Assembly (NCBI GenBank): GCA_023231475.1
Contig: JALJEE010001165.1
Location: 1-51,955, forward strand
Origin: Seison nebaliae
Lineage: Eukaryota
Length of the DNA: 51,955 bases
Reading direction: 5' to 3'
In this document: positions 1 through 12,000 of the stretch, in pieces
How positions within the stretch are numbered: position 1 is the first letter of the stretch
How the letters are laid out: each line of letters starts with the position of its first letter
The notes under the pieces: model-generated
What the model saw: the letters and a program-made list of their open reading frames with translations, nothing else
Told to the model about the DNA's origin: nothing
The model's database searches: none
Made by a program: the position numbers and the translations under genes

Positions 1-1086
1 ATCAATGCACCGAAACTTGACATTAAAGGTCCTAAATTCGATATGAAAGCACCAAAGTTCAATATCAACGCCCCTAAATTTGATGTAAAAACACCTAATT
101 TAAATGTAGAAACACCGGAAATTGATATTAATGCTCCTAAACTGGACATAAATATACCTAACGTGGACATAGATGTAAAAAAACCCAAAATGCAACTTCC
201 AAACTTGGAAAGCAAACTGAAATTTCCCAAATTGCATATTAAGTCACCTACGATGCAAATTGGAACACCGAAAAAACATAAAAAAATTTCAATCCCGAAT
301 GCTGAAATTTTTATGCCTCAACTGGATGCCGATGTAGCTCACACTCCCGGAATTGATATTAATTCCACAGGTGTCATAATTGACGATTCTAAATACAGTG
401 TTCCTGATTTAAAAGTGGACACATCTGGTTCGGGAATGATTCCTACGAAAATCGATGTTGAGCCATCAAGTTTTGATATGGAGGGTCCAAGTATAGCAAT
501 GCCCAATATAAATAAGGACATGCCTAATCAGAATATAACCTCATTTAATGGGCAAGAAAATGAAGTCGCTTTAAGAACCGATCAACAACCCGGTGTACAA
601 GTGAACGGTAATCGCGAAATATCAGAGTCAAGTCCAACAAAAAAACCACGTGGTGATTCATTAATTATAGAGCATTTTGAGAATCAAGATTTAATCCCTA
701 AAGTTTATCAGCCTGCCCAAATGGTGGTTATTGATATGTCAATGAGAAGATTGAACGATATGAATGATGGGAATATGGAGTCCACACTACCGCATCGTTA
801 GTGATATTTTAGTTCTAAGCTTTGCTCATGTTTTCCTTAAGATCAATTTGTTCGAATTGCTTGGTGGGACCAAAAACAGGATGATATTTTTTGGAAAGGT
901 TTTTTAATGAAATAATTCCTCAAAATTACTGAAACTTTTTTAGAATTGACAAATAATATACATGCGAAGAACCTGAAAAAATTTTCCCGCAAAGCGTTTA
1001 CTAAATTAACTTCTTCGGCAAGTTCACTCCATCAAGAAGCTATATTAACAATGGAAAATATTGAGAATAAATCTTTCCAAGTTTGA
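1..1086 (+). CDS. 3' part of an AHNAK/periaxin-like repeat protein (5' truncated by window edge); exons 1-796, 842-898, 944-1086
   Basis: The frame is open from base 1 (INAPKLDIKGPKFDMKAPKFNINAPKFDVKTP...), a PK-hydrophobic-D repeat typical of AHNAK/periaxin. Two 45-nt GT..AG introns (797-841, 899-943) extend the ORF in frame to ...HHQFVRIAWWDQKQDDIFWKELTNNIHAK...KSFQV* (TGA ends 1086). Confidence 0.65.
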
Positions 1087-1911
1087 ATTCTGTAAACATT
1101 GTAATTGTTTTGTAATTATTCGAGAGAATGATAAATTATTTTTTTTATGAGACACAACTTTTATAACATGCATCTGTTAAGTGATATAAATGTTAATTAT
1201 TCATACATATCTCCTCTCTTCAATAGACAAACACTAGGGAAGTTTTGTGAGATTATATAATAATATTCTCCATTTCATAATTCTTCTAGTTTCGACTCGT
1301 ATAAGTGGAAGTGTTGAACTTGAGTAAGCGTATATTCAACCGACTTGTTCAAACATATGTACTTATTGAATGAATTATTCTCTGTTCGGTATATTGTCAG
1401 AAAATGAAGAATTTTCCGCTACCTCAAAATTTTAACATTTTGAGAATTGTATATTCGAACATAATATTAAATGAATAGAAACTATCTTAATGAAGCAGAA
1501 CTTCGTATAATATTTGGAAGAAGATTTAATTCTTTATTTTTTCCTGATTGTTCGTATGTGACAAAAATATATCAAAAATTGTCTGATAATGGTTGAGAGC
1601 AGAAAGAATTTTATTTAGTCAATCATTATCAATGATGAATTCATCTATGTAATCATTTCAGTTCTAATTTTTTATCGTAATTATTATGAACTGTCTATTT
1701 ATCACTCGAGAAAGAAACAAGTTACGATGATGTATTAAGTGAAACTCCAATTCTGTCATAGAATATTTTCCTTTTCAATTAACTTCTTTTCTTTCTATTA
1801 ATTCTCTCATTTACTTCCAACTGTTCTCTAATTCATCATCTTTCAATTAATCACCAGTATTTCTTGAAAAAACAATATTCATTTCTTTCATAATTATTTC
1901 TTTAGAATTTT

Positions 1912-2345
1912 ATGAAAACGAAATCATACGAATACGAAGGAATGGTTGCCTCGGATAAATGTTCAGATTCAAAAAAGAAAGTTTCTTCTTCTTCAACCAA
2001 GTCCTCTGAGAAGAAGAAGAAGAAGACGAAATCTGAGAAGAAATCCTGTACCGGCTGCTTCTCTATGAAAAGCAAGAATAAGGACATTGGGGAGAATGCC
2101 GCCAATACGTTTACTTCAGTCGATCCAGCGTTACTTTCCTCCACTTCTTCATCAAAATTTTTAATTTTATTCTTTCTAGAGAAATATGTTGTCCTGCTGA
2201 GAATGAGGAAGTTAATCTTCGACTAGAAGGTTAGATATTAATAAATGAATTTAAATGAATTTTTTATTTTATTTTAGACAATCGAACGGCAGTACCTCAA
2301 ACGATTGAAATAATTCCAAAAGATGAATTTTATCAACAAAACTGA
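1912..2345 (+). CDS. Small Lys/Ser-rich hypothetical protein; exons 1912-2129, 2180-2229, 2278-2345 (upstream exon possible)
   Basis: ORF 1912 joins through introns 2130-2179 (50 nt) and 2230-2277 (48 nt) to ...DPAEICCPAENEEVNLRLEDNRTAVPQTIEIIPKDEFYQQN*. A TTTAG acceptor lies 6 nt before the ATG. No family recognised. Confidence 0.55.
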
Positions 2346-2471
2346 AAATCTTGTTTATCATAATAAATCATTTTTATTATCTATTACAAAATTATCTTCT
2401 TTTCAATTTGTATTTTTTTTTCTAAAAACCGTTCTTTGTTCATGTTTTTGTATCGTTTTCTAATAAATTTA

Positions 2472-3454
2472 TCATACATTCTTCTCTTCTTCTTCCTGTT
2501 CCTCTAATAGTCGGAACAATTCTTCTCGATATTTCATTCTTGGAGTCATTTCTTCTTCTAATTCTTTCCTGTATAATTCGTTTTCAATATGTCGTTGTTT
2601 CATTTTCGATTCGTCAATAGTCAGACCCATCCAATCCAGATCTTCTCTTGTCCACTTAATATTGAATTGACTATATCTCTTATAAATGACATCGTCTTTC
2701 TTTCCATTCTCCTTCATTTCTATCAATCTCAATAACATTTGTCTCTTCAATTCAACTCCCAATCTTGACGCTAAATTCAAATTGGATGTCTTTTCAATTC
2801 AACAAAATATTGTCATGTTGTTATATAATTATATTATAAATTCAATTATAATTATAATTAAACGAATTAGAGGAATGAAATGAAAACTTTCAAAATATAG
2901 AAATCGAATCCTTTCGAATAAAGAATTTGATCCAATGTGGATATGGTGACACAAATGGCGTAATGTTTGTCGAGAATCTCTGAATAAAATAATCGTTTAA
3001 TTAATTTCGGTTTGAAAATCTTCCCAAATCTTTTCCAATCGATTATTGATATGAAATGTCTTACAGAGAATTAACTTCTGAGCCATATAATGTGGACGTC
3101 TCATGTAGCAAGCGATTAATCCTTCTCCTCCCCATAATCCACGATCAGCCTCTTCCGGATACACGATCGGATATGGAACATTTTGAAACCGTTTACTAAA
3201 ATGAATAATTTCAATAATTTTCATCAGTCGAAGAATTGTAACAATTCACCAGTCTCTTGATCGATGGATGAATCACGTATATCGGGAATATAAGAAATCG
3301 CCTGTGGCTGTTTCAAAAACTTCTCTCGATGTTCTTCAATTACACTTCGAGGAAGTCGTTTCAATATCGATCTTTCGTCCGTATATTTGGATGGAGGGAA
3401 TTTGGCGAGTCCTTTCACCCATTTCGGTTTAGGTATCAATGGACGAATTGGCAT
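2472..3454 (-). CDS. MRPL28: Mitochondrial ribosomal protein L28 (bL28m), 4 exons
   Basis: The spliced product contains VPYPIVYPEEADRGLWGGEG, IFKPKLIKRLFYSEILDK, GFDFYILKT, LASRLGVELKRQMLLRL and WMGLT, collinear with metazoan MRPL28 motifs (GLWGGEG, FYSEILD, DFYILKT, LKRxMLLRL). Three GTT..AG introns restore the frame. Confidence 0.93.
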
Positions 3455-3650
3455 TTTTTATTAGACGAAAAATTTGAAACGAAATTTGCTCCAAAAAAAT
3501 ATTTTTCTTTTTTTTTGTATTTGGTCCGACATCTTATCAGAATATCAGAGCGATAGCTTGTGATGGTTAATAGATGATTAATTATCAGAATATTATGAAA
3601 CGTACGGAATATATTTAGCGGACGTTCTCTCCTTTTAGTATTGTGAGGAA
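3455..3650. promoter_or_regulatory. Probable bidirectional promoter between MRPL28 and the DD3-3-like gene
   Basis: Start codons at 3454 (-) and 3651 (+) are head-to-head and under 200 bp apart. Inferred from geometry only. Confidence 0.5.
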
Positions 3651-5591
3651 ATGTTTAAATTAAATTCATTTATATTCATCATCTTTCTTTATGAATCGAG
3701 ATTTGTCTCTTCGTTCATTTATCTACATTCTCCCAGAGGTTCGAACAATCGTTTGAAAGAAACTTCGTCCAATGTCAAAAATATCAAACGTCTTTTCCAT
3801 AGTAATGTTGGTGAATGTTTTAAATGAAATTAAATTTTTGAAAATTTATAAGAATCTATTAAGAGGTGGTTATAATGTTGGAGTGAATGAAAAGAATGAA
3901 GAATATCAACAAGTTTTATTCTCATTCCATTTCATTTTTGAAATTATTAATATTAAAATAAATTATAAAATTTTATCAGAAATTTTATGGAAGCGATGAT
4001 AATGATAATTCAATTTATCGAATTGAATGGACATTGAATGGAGGATGTGGAAAAAAGGAGAATATAATGAGATCATCTACATGTTCCATTGTCATTGATA
4101 CATTATGTCATCCAGAAGAAATGAAGGAAAGATTATCGATTGAAAGTAACAATTGTGTAAAATCAGAATACGGTTCGGAATGTGAAGAAGAAAGGAATGA
4201 AATTAATTCAGTAAATTCATTTTGGAATACTGAAGTTATTTTGAACGACAATAAATTCTGTCATGAAAATCGAACGAAAAAATTATCGTTTTGTCGTTGT
4301 ATGGATCCAAAATCGAAAGAGAAAAAGAAATTCATCAATTGTAATTATAAGAATGAATGTGATGAGAAGGAATTGAAAGCTAGAACAGTTTACAAATATC
4401 AATTTATTTCTACTGGAATAAAATCTCGAAAAGAATGTGAAAAATTATCTAATAGTCGATGGACAATTCCGTTTGATGCAATTGAAATAGAAGAGAAATG
4501 TATCATATTACCCAAACCTTTTTATTGTCTTCACACTCCCGATACGAAGACGAATATTTTGAGTAATGTTGATGGTGAGATTGAAAGTCCATTTTATAAT
4601 TGGAAATTGCCCGTAATGTCATCAAACATTCCATCACATATCTGTACTCTACGAATAAGGTTAAAACTAAATTCTCTTTCAAATATTTTTAAAAGTTTCA
4701 ATTAAAGATATTTTCTTCAATCGAACAAAGGAGAAGTGAAAGGAGAAGTGAAAGAATTACAATTCGGAAATAAGAAAACTTTCCATCGAATTCGAATCAA
4801 AACAATTCCCAAACAAATCGTTTTCGAAGATCGATCACATTCATTTATTTTGAGACATCGTCCAGGTGATGAAACTAAATATTTTTAAATTAAACTTAAT
4901 AGAAAATTGTTTAAAGATGAATTGAAGAGCAAACGAATTTGGAATGTAAATGTTCGTGGAAAACGAGGAAATATTGTACAAAATTTTCCGTCTGTCGAAT
5001 ACGATTTCACTCCGAACATTCTACAAATGAAAAAAGGAGATGTGCTACATGTCCAATGGACTGGTTCGAATACTCATAAAAACGAGGGACCAAGTGAAGG
5101 ACAGACGGGTGCTGACGGTCAAGGTACAACAGGTTTCCATTTATTTGTGAAAAGATCTTAAAAAAGAAATTGGGATTAGGAACTGATAGAAATAATTTCA
5201 TGGAAATTAATCGATTAGACAACAATTATATTTCGCCGTTTGAATATACGAAATTTTGGGGAAATGTTCGACCATTACTCCAAATGCACAATCATATGTC
5301 ATCATCTGACATTGCTATGTATTATGCATCTTCCGGTTAGGAAATTTAAAGAAATTTTCAAATTCTAAATTTGCTTTCTCAATTTTTACAGGTTTTTTTT
5401 GTACTGAAGAAGGTAAACGTTGTCGTGAAGATTCGGAAGAAGAATTCGATCCATTATTGAATAAAATTTCTCCATCAATTGACGGTATACCGTTAGAGAT
5501 GATATCATCAAATTCTTCTTTTTATTTCATTGGAACGAGAAATAATAATTTCTCGAATCGATCTCAAAAGATGACAATCGTCGTTGAATAA
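3651..5591 (+). CDS. Protein DD3-3 family secreted protein, 7 exons
   Basis: Hydrophobic N-terminus, then IYLHSPRGSNNRL, RGGYNVG, IEWT.NGGCG, FEDRSH, NVRGKRGNIVQNFPSVEYDF, HVQWTGSNTH, GTDRNN and TRNNNFSNRSQK, all DD3-3 signatures. Introns 3807-3852, 3913-3979, 4660-4707, 4866-4916, 5133-5179 and 5336-5391 join in frame. Confidence 0.9.
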
Positions 5592-5700
5592 TGTTCCTTC
5601 AATTCAAAATTTCTTTCATTTTTCTTTAGATTTTCATTTTATTTTTCACTGTAACTTTTGTTTTTGTCTCGAAAAAAAACTTATTTGATTTCATTAAAAT

Positions 5701-6375
5701 ATGGAGAATCTGATCGATGAGATGTTAAAGAATACGAATGTTTATGAATTGAATTCTTATCGACAACGAATTATTTTCGAGAAGATCATTCAAATAAATC
5801 ATTTCTCAATCGATCAGGAAGAATATTCTTATAAATTAATCTCTTATTTTTTAGCAATTGATTTGTATTTGAAGAAATATAAATTTGCATCAGTTTCAAT
5901 TGACAATAATTCAACAAACTACAAATTACCAGATAACTGGGACAGACATATAAAACAATCGACCATTCATGGAAATTATCAATCTAACAATGTTCCTCAA
6001 GCCACCTTCAATATGATGTTGACATTATTGAACGATAAAATCATCATAATTTTGTCATTTGGAGAGAAGAAAAAAAATTATAAAGACTTTTCAATCGACA
6101 TCGACGATTGTTCACACGAATTGTTTGTAGAAAAATCCATATGTTTAAAATTCTTTAATGATCATCTTCAATTGTTTATTAATGAGATTAATAATATCAA
6201 CAATATTCACACATTAACATTACAAGAATTACCAGATCTTATTATTTATGAGATCCTCGAACATTTGCCGGGAAGGGATGTTGAGAAATTAAGAAAGACT
6301 TGTAGGAACTTCTCAAGATTATGTTCCAATTGTCTAACGGTAAGAAAGAATAGAAAAATCAAACAAAACGAATAA
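5701..6375 (+). CDS. F-box protein with an FP (Fbxo7/PI31)-like domain; FBXO7/Nutcracker-like, intronless
   Basis: C-terminal F-box LQELPDLIIYEILEHLPGRDVEKLRKTCRNF. It is preceded by LAIDLYL..YKF...KLPDNW, which resembles the FP-domain pattern and spacing of FBXO7. Confidence 0.7.
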   Translation: MENLIDEMLKNTNVYELNSYRQRIIFEKIIQINHFSIDQEEYSYKLISYFLAIDLYLKKYKFASVSIDNNSTNYKLPDNWDRHIKQSTIHGNYQSNNVPQATFNMMLTLLNDKIIIILSFGEKKKNYKDFSIDIDDCSHELFVEKSICLKFFNDHLQLFINEINNINNIHTLTLQELPDLIIYEILEHLPGRDVEKLRKTCRNFSRLCSNCLTVRKNRKIKQNE

Positions 6376-6487
6376 AATTTGAATTGAATGAAATTCTTCC
6401 CATCATATTTAATTATTGAAAGAAATTTCATTTCAAAATATATTTCTACTTTTTATTGTAAATAAAGTTTGATAAAAAAGAGAAAAA

Positions 6488-6821
6488 ATGAAATTTATTC
6501 TTATTTCATTAATAATTCTAATAGTTCCATATCATTCTCATGTGTGTAACAATGATAGAAAAAGGAAAGCGTTCGAATCGGAATTTAATCCAATTAATAA
6601 TAGTTCATCTTCAATTATCTCATATGATTATTTATGGATGTGGTTTAGTTCATTTAGACAAGTTCAACTACGGCAAAGATGGAAGCGACAGTTTCTGGAA
6701 GGAAGAAAAAATTTATTTTAATCAATTGAGGAAATTTGATGATCTGGAAAGTGTTCGACGAAAGCGGATATTAAAATTAGCGGAACTGGCCGAACACTAT
6801 CGGATTTGTGGATATGGATAG
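6488..6821 (+). CDS. Small secreted, prohormone-like hypothetical protein (intron position ambiguous)
   Basis: Signal-peptide-like MKFILISLIILIV in one frame and ...SVRRKRILKLAELAEHYRICGYG* in the overlapping frame. Several short GT..AG introns (e.g. 6524-6569 or 6546-6603) join the two in frame. Confidence 0.45.
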
Positions 6822-6992
6822 AAATTATATTATTTTGAATCAACTGATATAATGGTTTTCTGTCATGCACATTAATTCCATTTTCATTAAATGTGACGGT
6901 TGTGACAATGGAATAAAATGAAAAACCGTTTATAAAATTTTAGAATTAGCTAAGTTTGTTTCGATTCTTCTTTCGTTTTTTCTGTCAATCTT

Positions 6993-8932
6993 ATGTTACT
7001 TATTGGATTAGTAGTTATATTTGTATATTTTATTGATCTTTATCATTTTGTTCATACGAATAAAAATGATAAATCAAGAGAGAAGAATGAGAATAATACT
7101 CGTGTCTTAATGGAACTACAACAAGGATTGAATGAAATGGAACGGAACAAAGGAAATGTGGAATTAGATTTAAATGGAATGGAATTAATTGAAGTAAATC
7201 AATTGTGCTTCTTACATCTTCACAATCTAACCGAACTAACATTAATTAGTGTCTCATTATCTAATGTAGAATTTTTGTCATTGAACATACCGTCTTCTCT
7301 GAAACTTCTTCACATCTTCTTCCGATCAACGTATAAATCGACTCTCATTCTTAAAAGTGAAATGCTTCAAACGTTGCCAATTAGAAATGCAAAATTTCGA
7401 TTACATAATTTGAACAACATTCTAATTGATTCTAAAATACTGAATGGAAATAACACGATTCACTTCACTACTGGACATCGACCTCAACATCATCTTTCCG
7501 TCTTACAACTTAAGAGCGATTTATATAAGACAAAGAAACGATGGAATTGTTACAAGAATATTTCAATGCGAAAATATGAAAATATTGAAGTGGATTGTTC
7601 GGATAGTTTGGTGCAATTAAAAGGAAAAAATATTAGCGAGGATCTTTTAATATTCTACCAAGCATCGATTACAGCACCATTAAAGAAGATTTTGAACGAT
7701 ATTTATGAAAACTCAGAAATATTGATGAAATATTCGAATGTACGTGATACAGCTTATAAATGTTTGTTCAATTCGTCAAACATATTGGATGAAACATATG
7801 TTAAAGATGTTCATGGAACACAACCAAATTTTGTTACATTTCAAATAAGTTCTTATGGTGATCTCCTTTTTTATATTGATATGATCAAAAGTTCCATCAA
7901 GACTAAAGATCAAAAGGATTATAATTGCACGTTAAACATTTAATAATATTCAATAATAATTTTTATTTCTCTTTTAGGTTGAAGAGGAAAACTACCAAGA
8001 ATTTCATGAAAGTTCAACTGATATTAGTATTATTAACATTGTTTCTTGTTCTTATTATTTATCACTATGTACGTGATACAATTTTTGGAGTCGACAAAAT
8101 ACTGACTTCACAACCCCTTCGTGAAATTAATTTTGTACCTATTGATGAACGTATAAGAATACGGGAAAAAATCTTGGAGAAAATTGAAGAGAATAAAATT
8201 AAAGATATACCAAAAACTTTATCACAAGAGAAGTCAGTTCCTGATATAAAACCGTCTCGCAAAAACGGTTCAGGTGAAGAATTGCTAAATAATTCGACTA
8301 CTAAAGAAATATTCCATCGAAACAATCGAGACATTCCAAAAAGAAAACGGTCAAAATTCAATCTCCCATCCGATTCCCCATTGGCAACACCTAAAAAGGG
8401 TAAAAATAATGCTAATAAAAGTTCTGTTTCCCGAAAACTTCCAAGTGCAAAATTTCCGTCACAAAAGCCAATCGTTAAAAGAGAACCTCCTAATAAAAGA
8501 CAAGGTACAAAATCTGAACCTAAGAAACTAATTAATAAACGTTCAATTCCTAAAAAAACAAAAAGTAAAAAAGCGGTTTCTACAAAATCACTTAGAAAAA
8601 AATCTGAAATTAAGAGTTCTGTTCCTCAGAAGTCGATGAAATCAGTTGTTCACGAGTCATTGGCTTCAGTTGGAAGACAAATACTCCCACTAATAGGTCA
8701 AATAAGTAGACATGCCATAGAACCGTTAGGAAATTTAGGTCGAACAATGTCAAATGACTTATTCAATAGAATAAATGACCAACAAGCCGATGTAATGGTG
8801 AATGATGATCAAGAACCTTGGATCGTACATGGAAGAAATGTCTTCCATCCAAGTGAATCAAATCAAACTAGACGAAAGACACCGAAAGTAAAACCGTTTT
8901 CTGGTAAATCTCGTACATTAAAAAAAGGTTAA
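6993..8932 (+). CDS. Orphan membrane protein (~630 aa): N-terminal signal/anchor, LRR-like ectodomain segment, second TM, Lys-rich tail; exons 6993-7930, 7978-8932
   Basis: The 47-nt intron 7931-7977 fuses ORFs 6993 and 7925 in frame (..DYNCT|LKRK..). LDLNGMELIEV..FLHLHNLTELTL resembles an LRR. The second hydrophobic helix is LILVLLTLFLVLIIYHYV. Confidence 0.65.
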
Positions 8933-9081
8933 GATTTTGCTTTTCTTCAAAGTTGTTATTCGTTCCAAAAGAGAAATAAATTGATTTTGTTATTTATTAA
9001 TATAATATGTTCAGTTGTAATCATTTGTATCAATTTTAATCAGAATATCATTTATACAAAGAAGAAATAATAATAAAATGT

Positions 9082-12000
9082 TTAAGGTGTAGATGTATTC
9101 TGGTGTAGATTACAAACGTTGCTAAGAACATTAACTTCTTGTTGAATTCTTGTCAATGTTGCAATATATTCGTTCTCCAATAACTGTTTGTCCAATGATG
9201 AAGAAGTATTTAAATTCTTGTTGTTCCCACTGTTACAATTACAATTGTTTTGTTTATAATGATTCTCCACATGTAGACAACATTGTTGTGATGGTGTTGG
9301 AACGGTTTTATCAGATGAATGAAGCTCATTTCTTGTCAATAATAAATCATCCAAATTATTTAAGAAGTTGTCTGTTGCCTCCAAATTCTTTAACGTTTGT
9401 TTCAGATCTCGAATTTTTGGAGATTCTCCAATTTCCATATCGTTCTGTAATGTTGAATTAGTTGATTGATTTGGCAGTTGACGTTGATGTTGTCCATCAC
9501 TAAAACAGAAGAAATTTTCTTATTTACTAAAATTTTCTTAAGCTTAACTTAATTTTCTCCAAGATCGTACGGGATTGTTTCAGAATTTTATTTGACAGAT
9601 TGTGGACGGTACAACGAAGAGCTTTCTCGTAATTCTAATAAATAAGGAAAAAAAAGCACAATGAAAATTTCGAATAAAAACCCGATGAGGGAAAGAAATT
9701 AGTGAGACAAATGGTGAAGTTTTAATAAACGGGATATTTTTGGATAAAGCGGTTAATCTGTATAAGGAAATTAGTCAAAAGGTTGAAATGTTAGAATATG
9801 AACTGAAAAGTTGCCAATCGAACCAAAAGAATTTAGTAAAAAAAATAAAAGAAATTATCTAGAGAGACAGCTGTAAATGAAGTGTGAAAGAAAAATGTTT
9901 TTTCGAATCCTTCTCACCTTCTCTTGGATGATATGTGACTGTATTCTTCCAATCTTCAACAGATATCCGACGGAGGAATTATTGGAAATTAACTTCCCTC
10001 CATTCTTCCTTCGTCCATTCGATAAAATAGATGACGATATGGTGTGATCAATCGTACTTTGAGAAGCTGAAAAACAGCCATCGTCACAAAAGACACTGTC
10101 CGATTCGAGAGAAACATCGGATGATGGTAATGAAGGTGGTAGTGAAGTTGATGACAAGGAAGACGATGAAGAGGAAGATGAGCAGACAGATGGTAAAGGA
10201 TTTTCTGGAATAGCTGGCATATTCCCATTAGGAACATAGCTACTTGACATTCGTGTTGAATGTTTATTGCATGCAGAGCAAACAGTCTAAACGGAATAAT
10301 ATATTTCAGGATAAAAAAGCAAAAAAAGGAAATGTTCATACGAGTCACATTCGATGGAAAGAAATGAATTCAATAGAAATTATCTAACCGATGAAGTCGA
10401 ATTTGGTGTTGTGTTTGATTTGGGATGGAATTTCATGTTGAACATATTCAATGAATCAATAACATTCTTCTCCAATTGATCTAACGTATTTCGAGTGAGA
10501 TTATCATGCATCTTCGGTTCCTGAAGTGATTCCTCCGGTGAATTGACTTGATATTGTTGACATTGTTCGACTGTTGGAGAATTGAAATTTGTTTGATTCG
10601 TATAAAGATATTGTTGATGGATTGGTGAACAGAAATGGTTTTGTGTATTTAAAAAACGTTTAGGCTGACAAGCACATTGATGAGTATTCAATGATTGATT
10701 AGATTGAATACAATTCTGACTATTAACAATATTTCGATATTTCAATAATTCTTCATATTCATCTGTTGATATTACTTTCTCTTTCTGTGTATTGATGGAT
10801 AATAAAGAAGTATTTTGCACATCTGCATTCTTCAATCGATTCATTCCTTTCAATTTGTCCGTTGTTTCAATGTCTGATAAATTTAATTGAGACATAGTTT
10901 TCGTTGGGAAATCAGATGATATCATCGAATATTGATAAGGTGACAATTTGAGGTCGGTTCGAGAGAAATCATTCGAATCAACTAAATTAGTCGGTTGTAC
11001 TTCATGAACTTCTTCCGATTTCAACGAATCGATCATCACATTCGATGGAGCGACTATTATCGAATCGTCTTTCACTGATACACCTGAATCGTGTGCTGTT
11101 ACATCTACTTGAGGCATACTATGTTGTACTGATGGTAAAGGAGATGGTGGAGGCGTATGAGCAAATATTTCAATATTAAAATTACTTTCTTTCGCTTCCG
11201 GCAAATTTTTACCTGATCTAATTTTTTGATATTTTTCCTTAACAAATTGAGAAGTGGATGTGTGACGAACGGGATGATATGATTTATTTTGTTGTGTTAA
11301 TGATGCAGACGATCGAACAATTGTGGAATTCTTTTTCAAGTTATTTGCCTCTTTCTGTTTCCTCGCAACTTCTGCTCTCAACTGAACAGTTCGATTTTGT
11401 CTTAAAGAAAATCGATTATTTTCTGTCCGTTGGAACGGTTCAACGTTATTCTTCAGATACATACTGTTATTTCTCGTTTTCTTATTATCATTATTTATGT
11501 TCAAATTAGTCGATATATTCGAATTTTTCCTTCTAAATTTCGGTGTTGGTGCGCAACTCTTTGATGTGACAGTTCCATTTGTTCCATCGAAATGATTTGA
11601 TTTTTTGATAAATTTATGTTCTGGAGATGTTAAACTTTCATTATTGGATTTTATTGGAAAATTATTGATAATTCTTTTCTTCACCGAAGATAATAAATTA
11701 TGATTATTCTTAGTACTGTTGTTGTTGTTGGTGGTGGTGGTGGTGGTCATTTCTTTCGTGGCTTTAGCTCGACGTAATTGAAATGCACGATTCAACTTCA
11801 ATGTTCCAGTTTTCCGACTTTTCGTACTTAGCGTTGTTGTACTGACTGTTGTTTTAATATCGTCTTGAATTGAATGATCATTGATCGAATGGGATGAACT
11901 ACTCAATTGATTAGATGGTGGTGATCGATGATGATCTAATGCCGTATACATATCGTCATCATCATCATCATCATCATCATTGCCATTATTATTGTCATCG

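Noticed and set aside
6488..6821. Insulin-like peptide (CG..L before an RRKR site)
   Set aside because: The segment after RRKR has one Cys, not the CC..C..C A-chain pattern.
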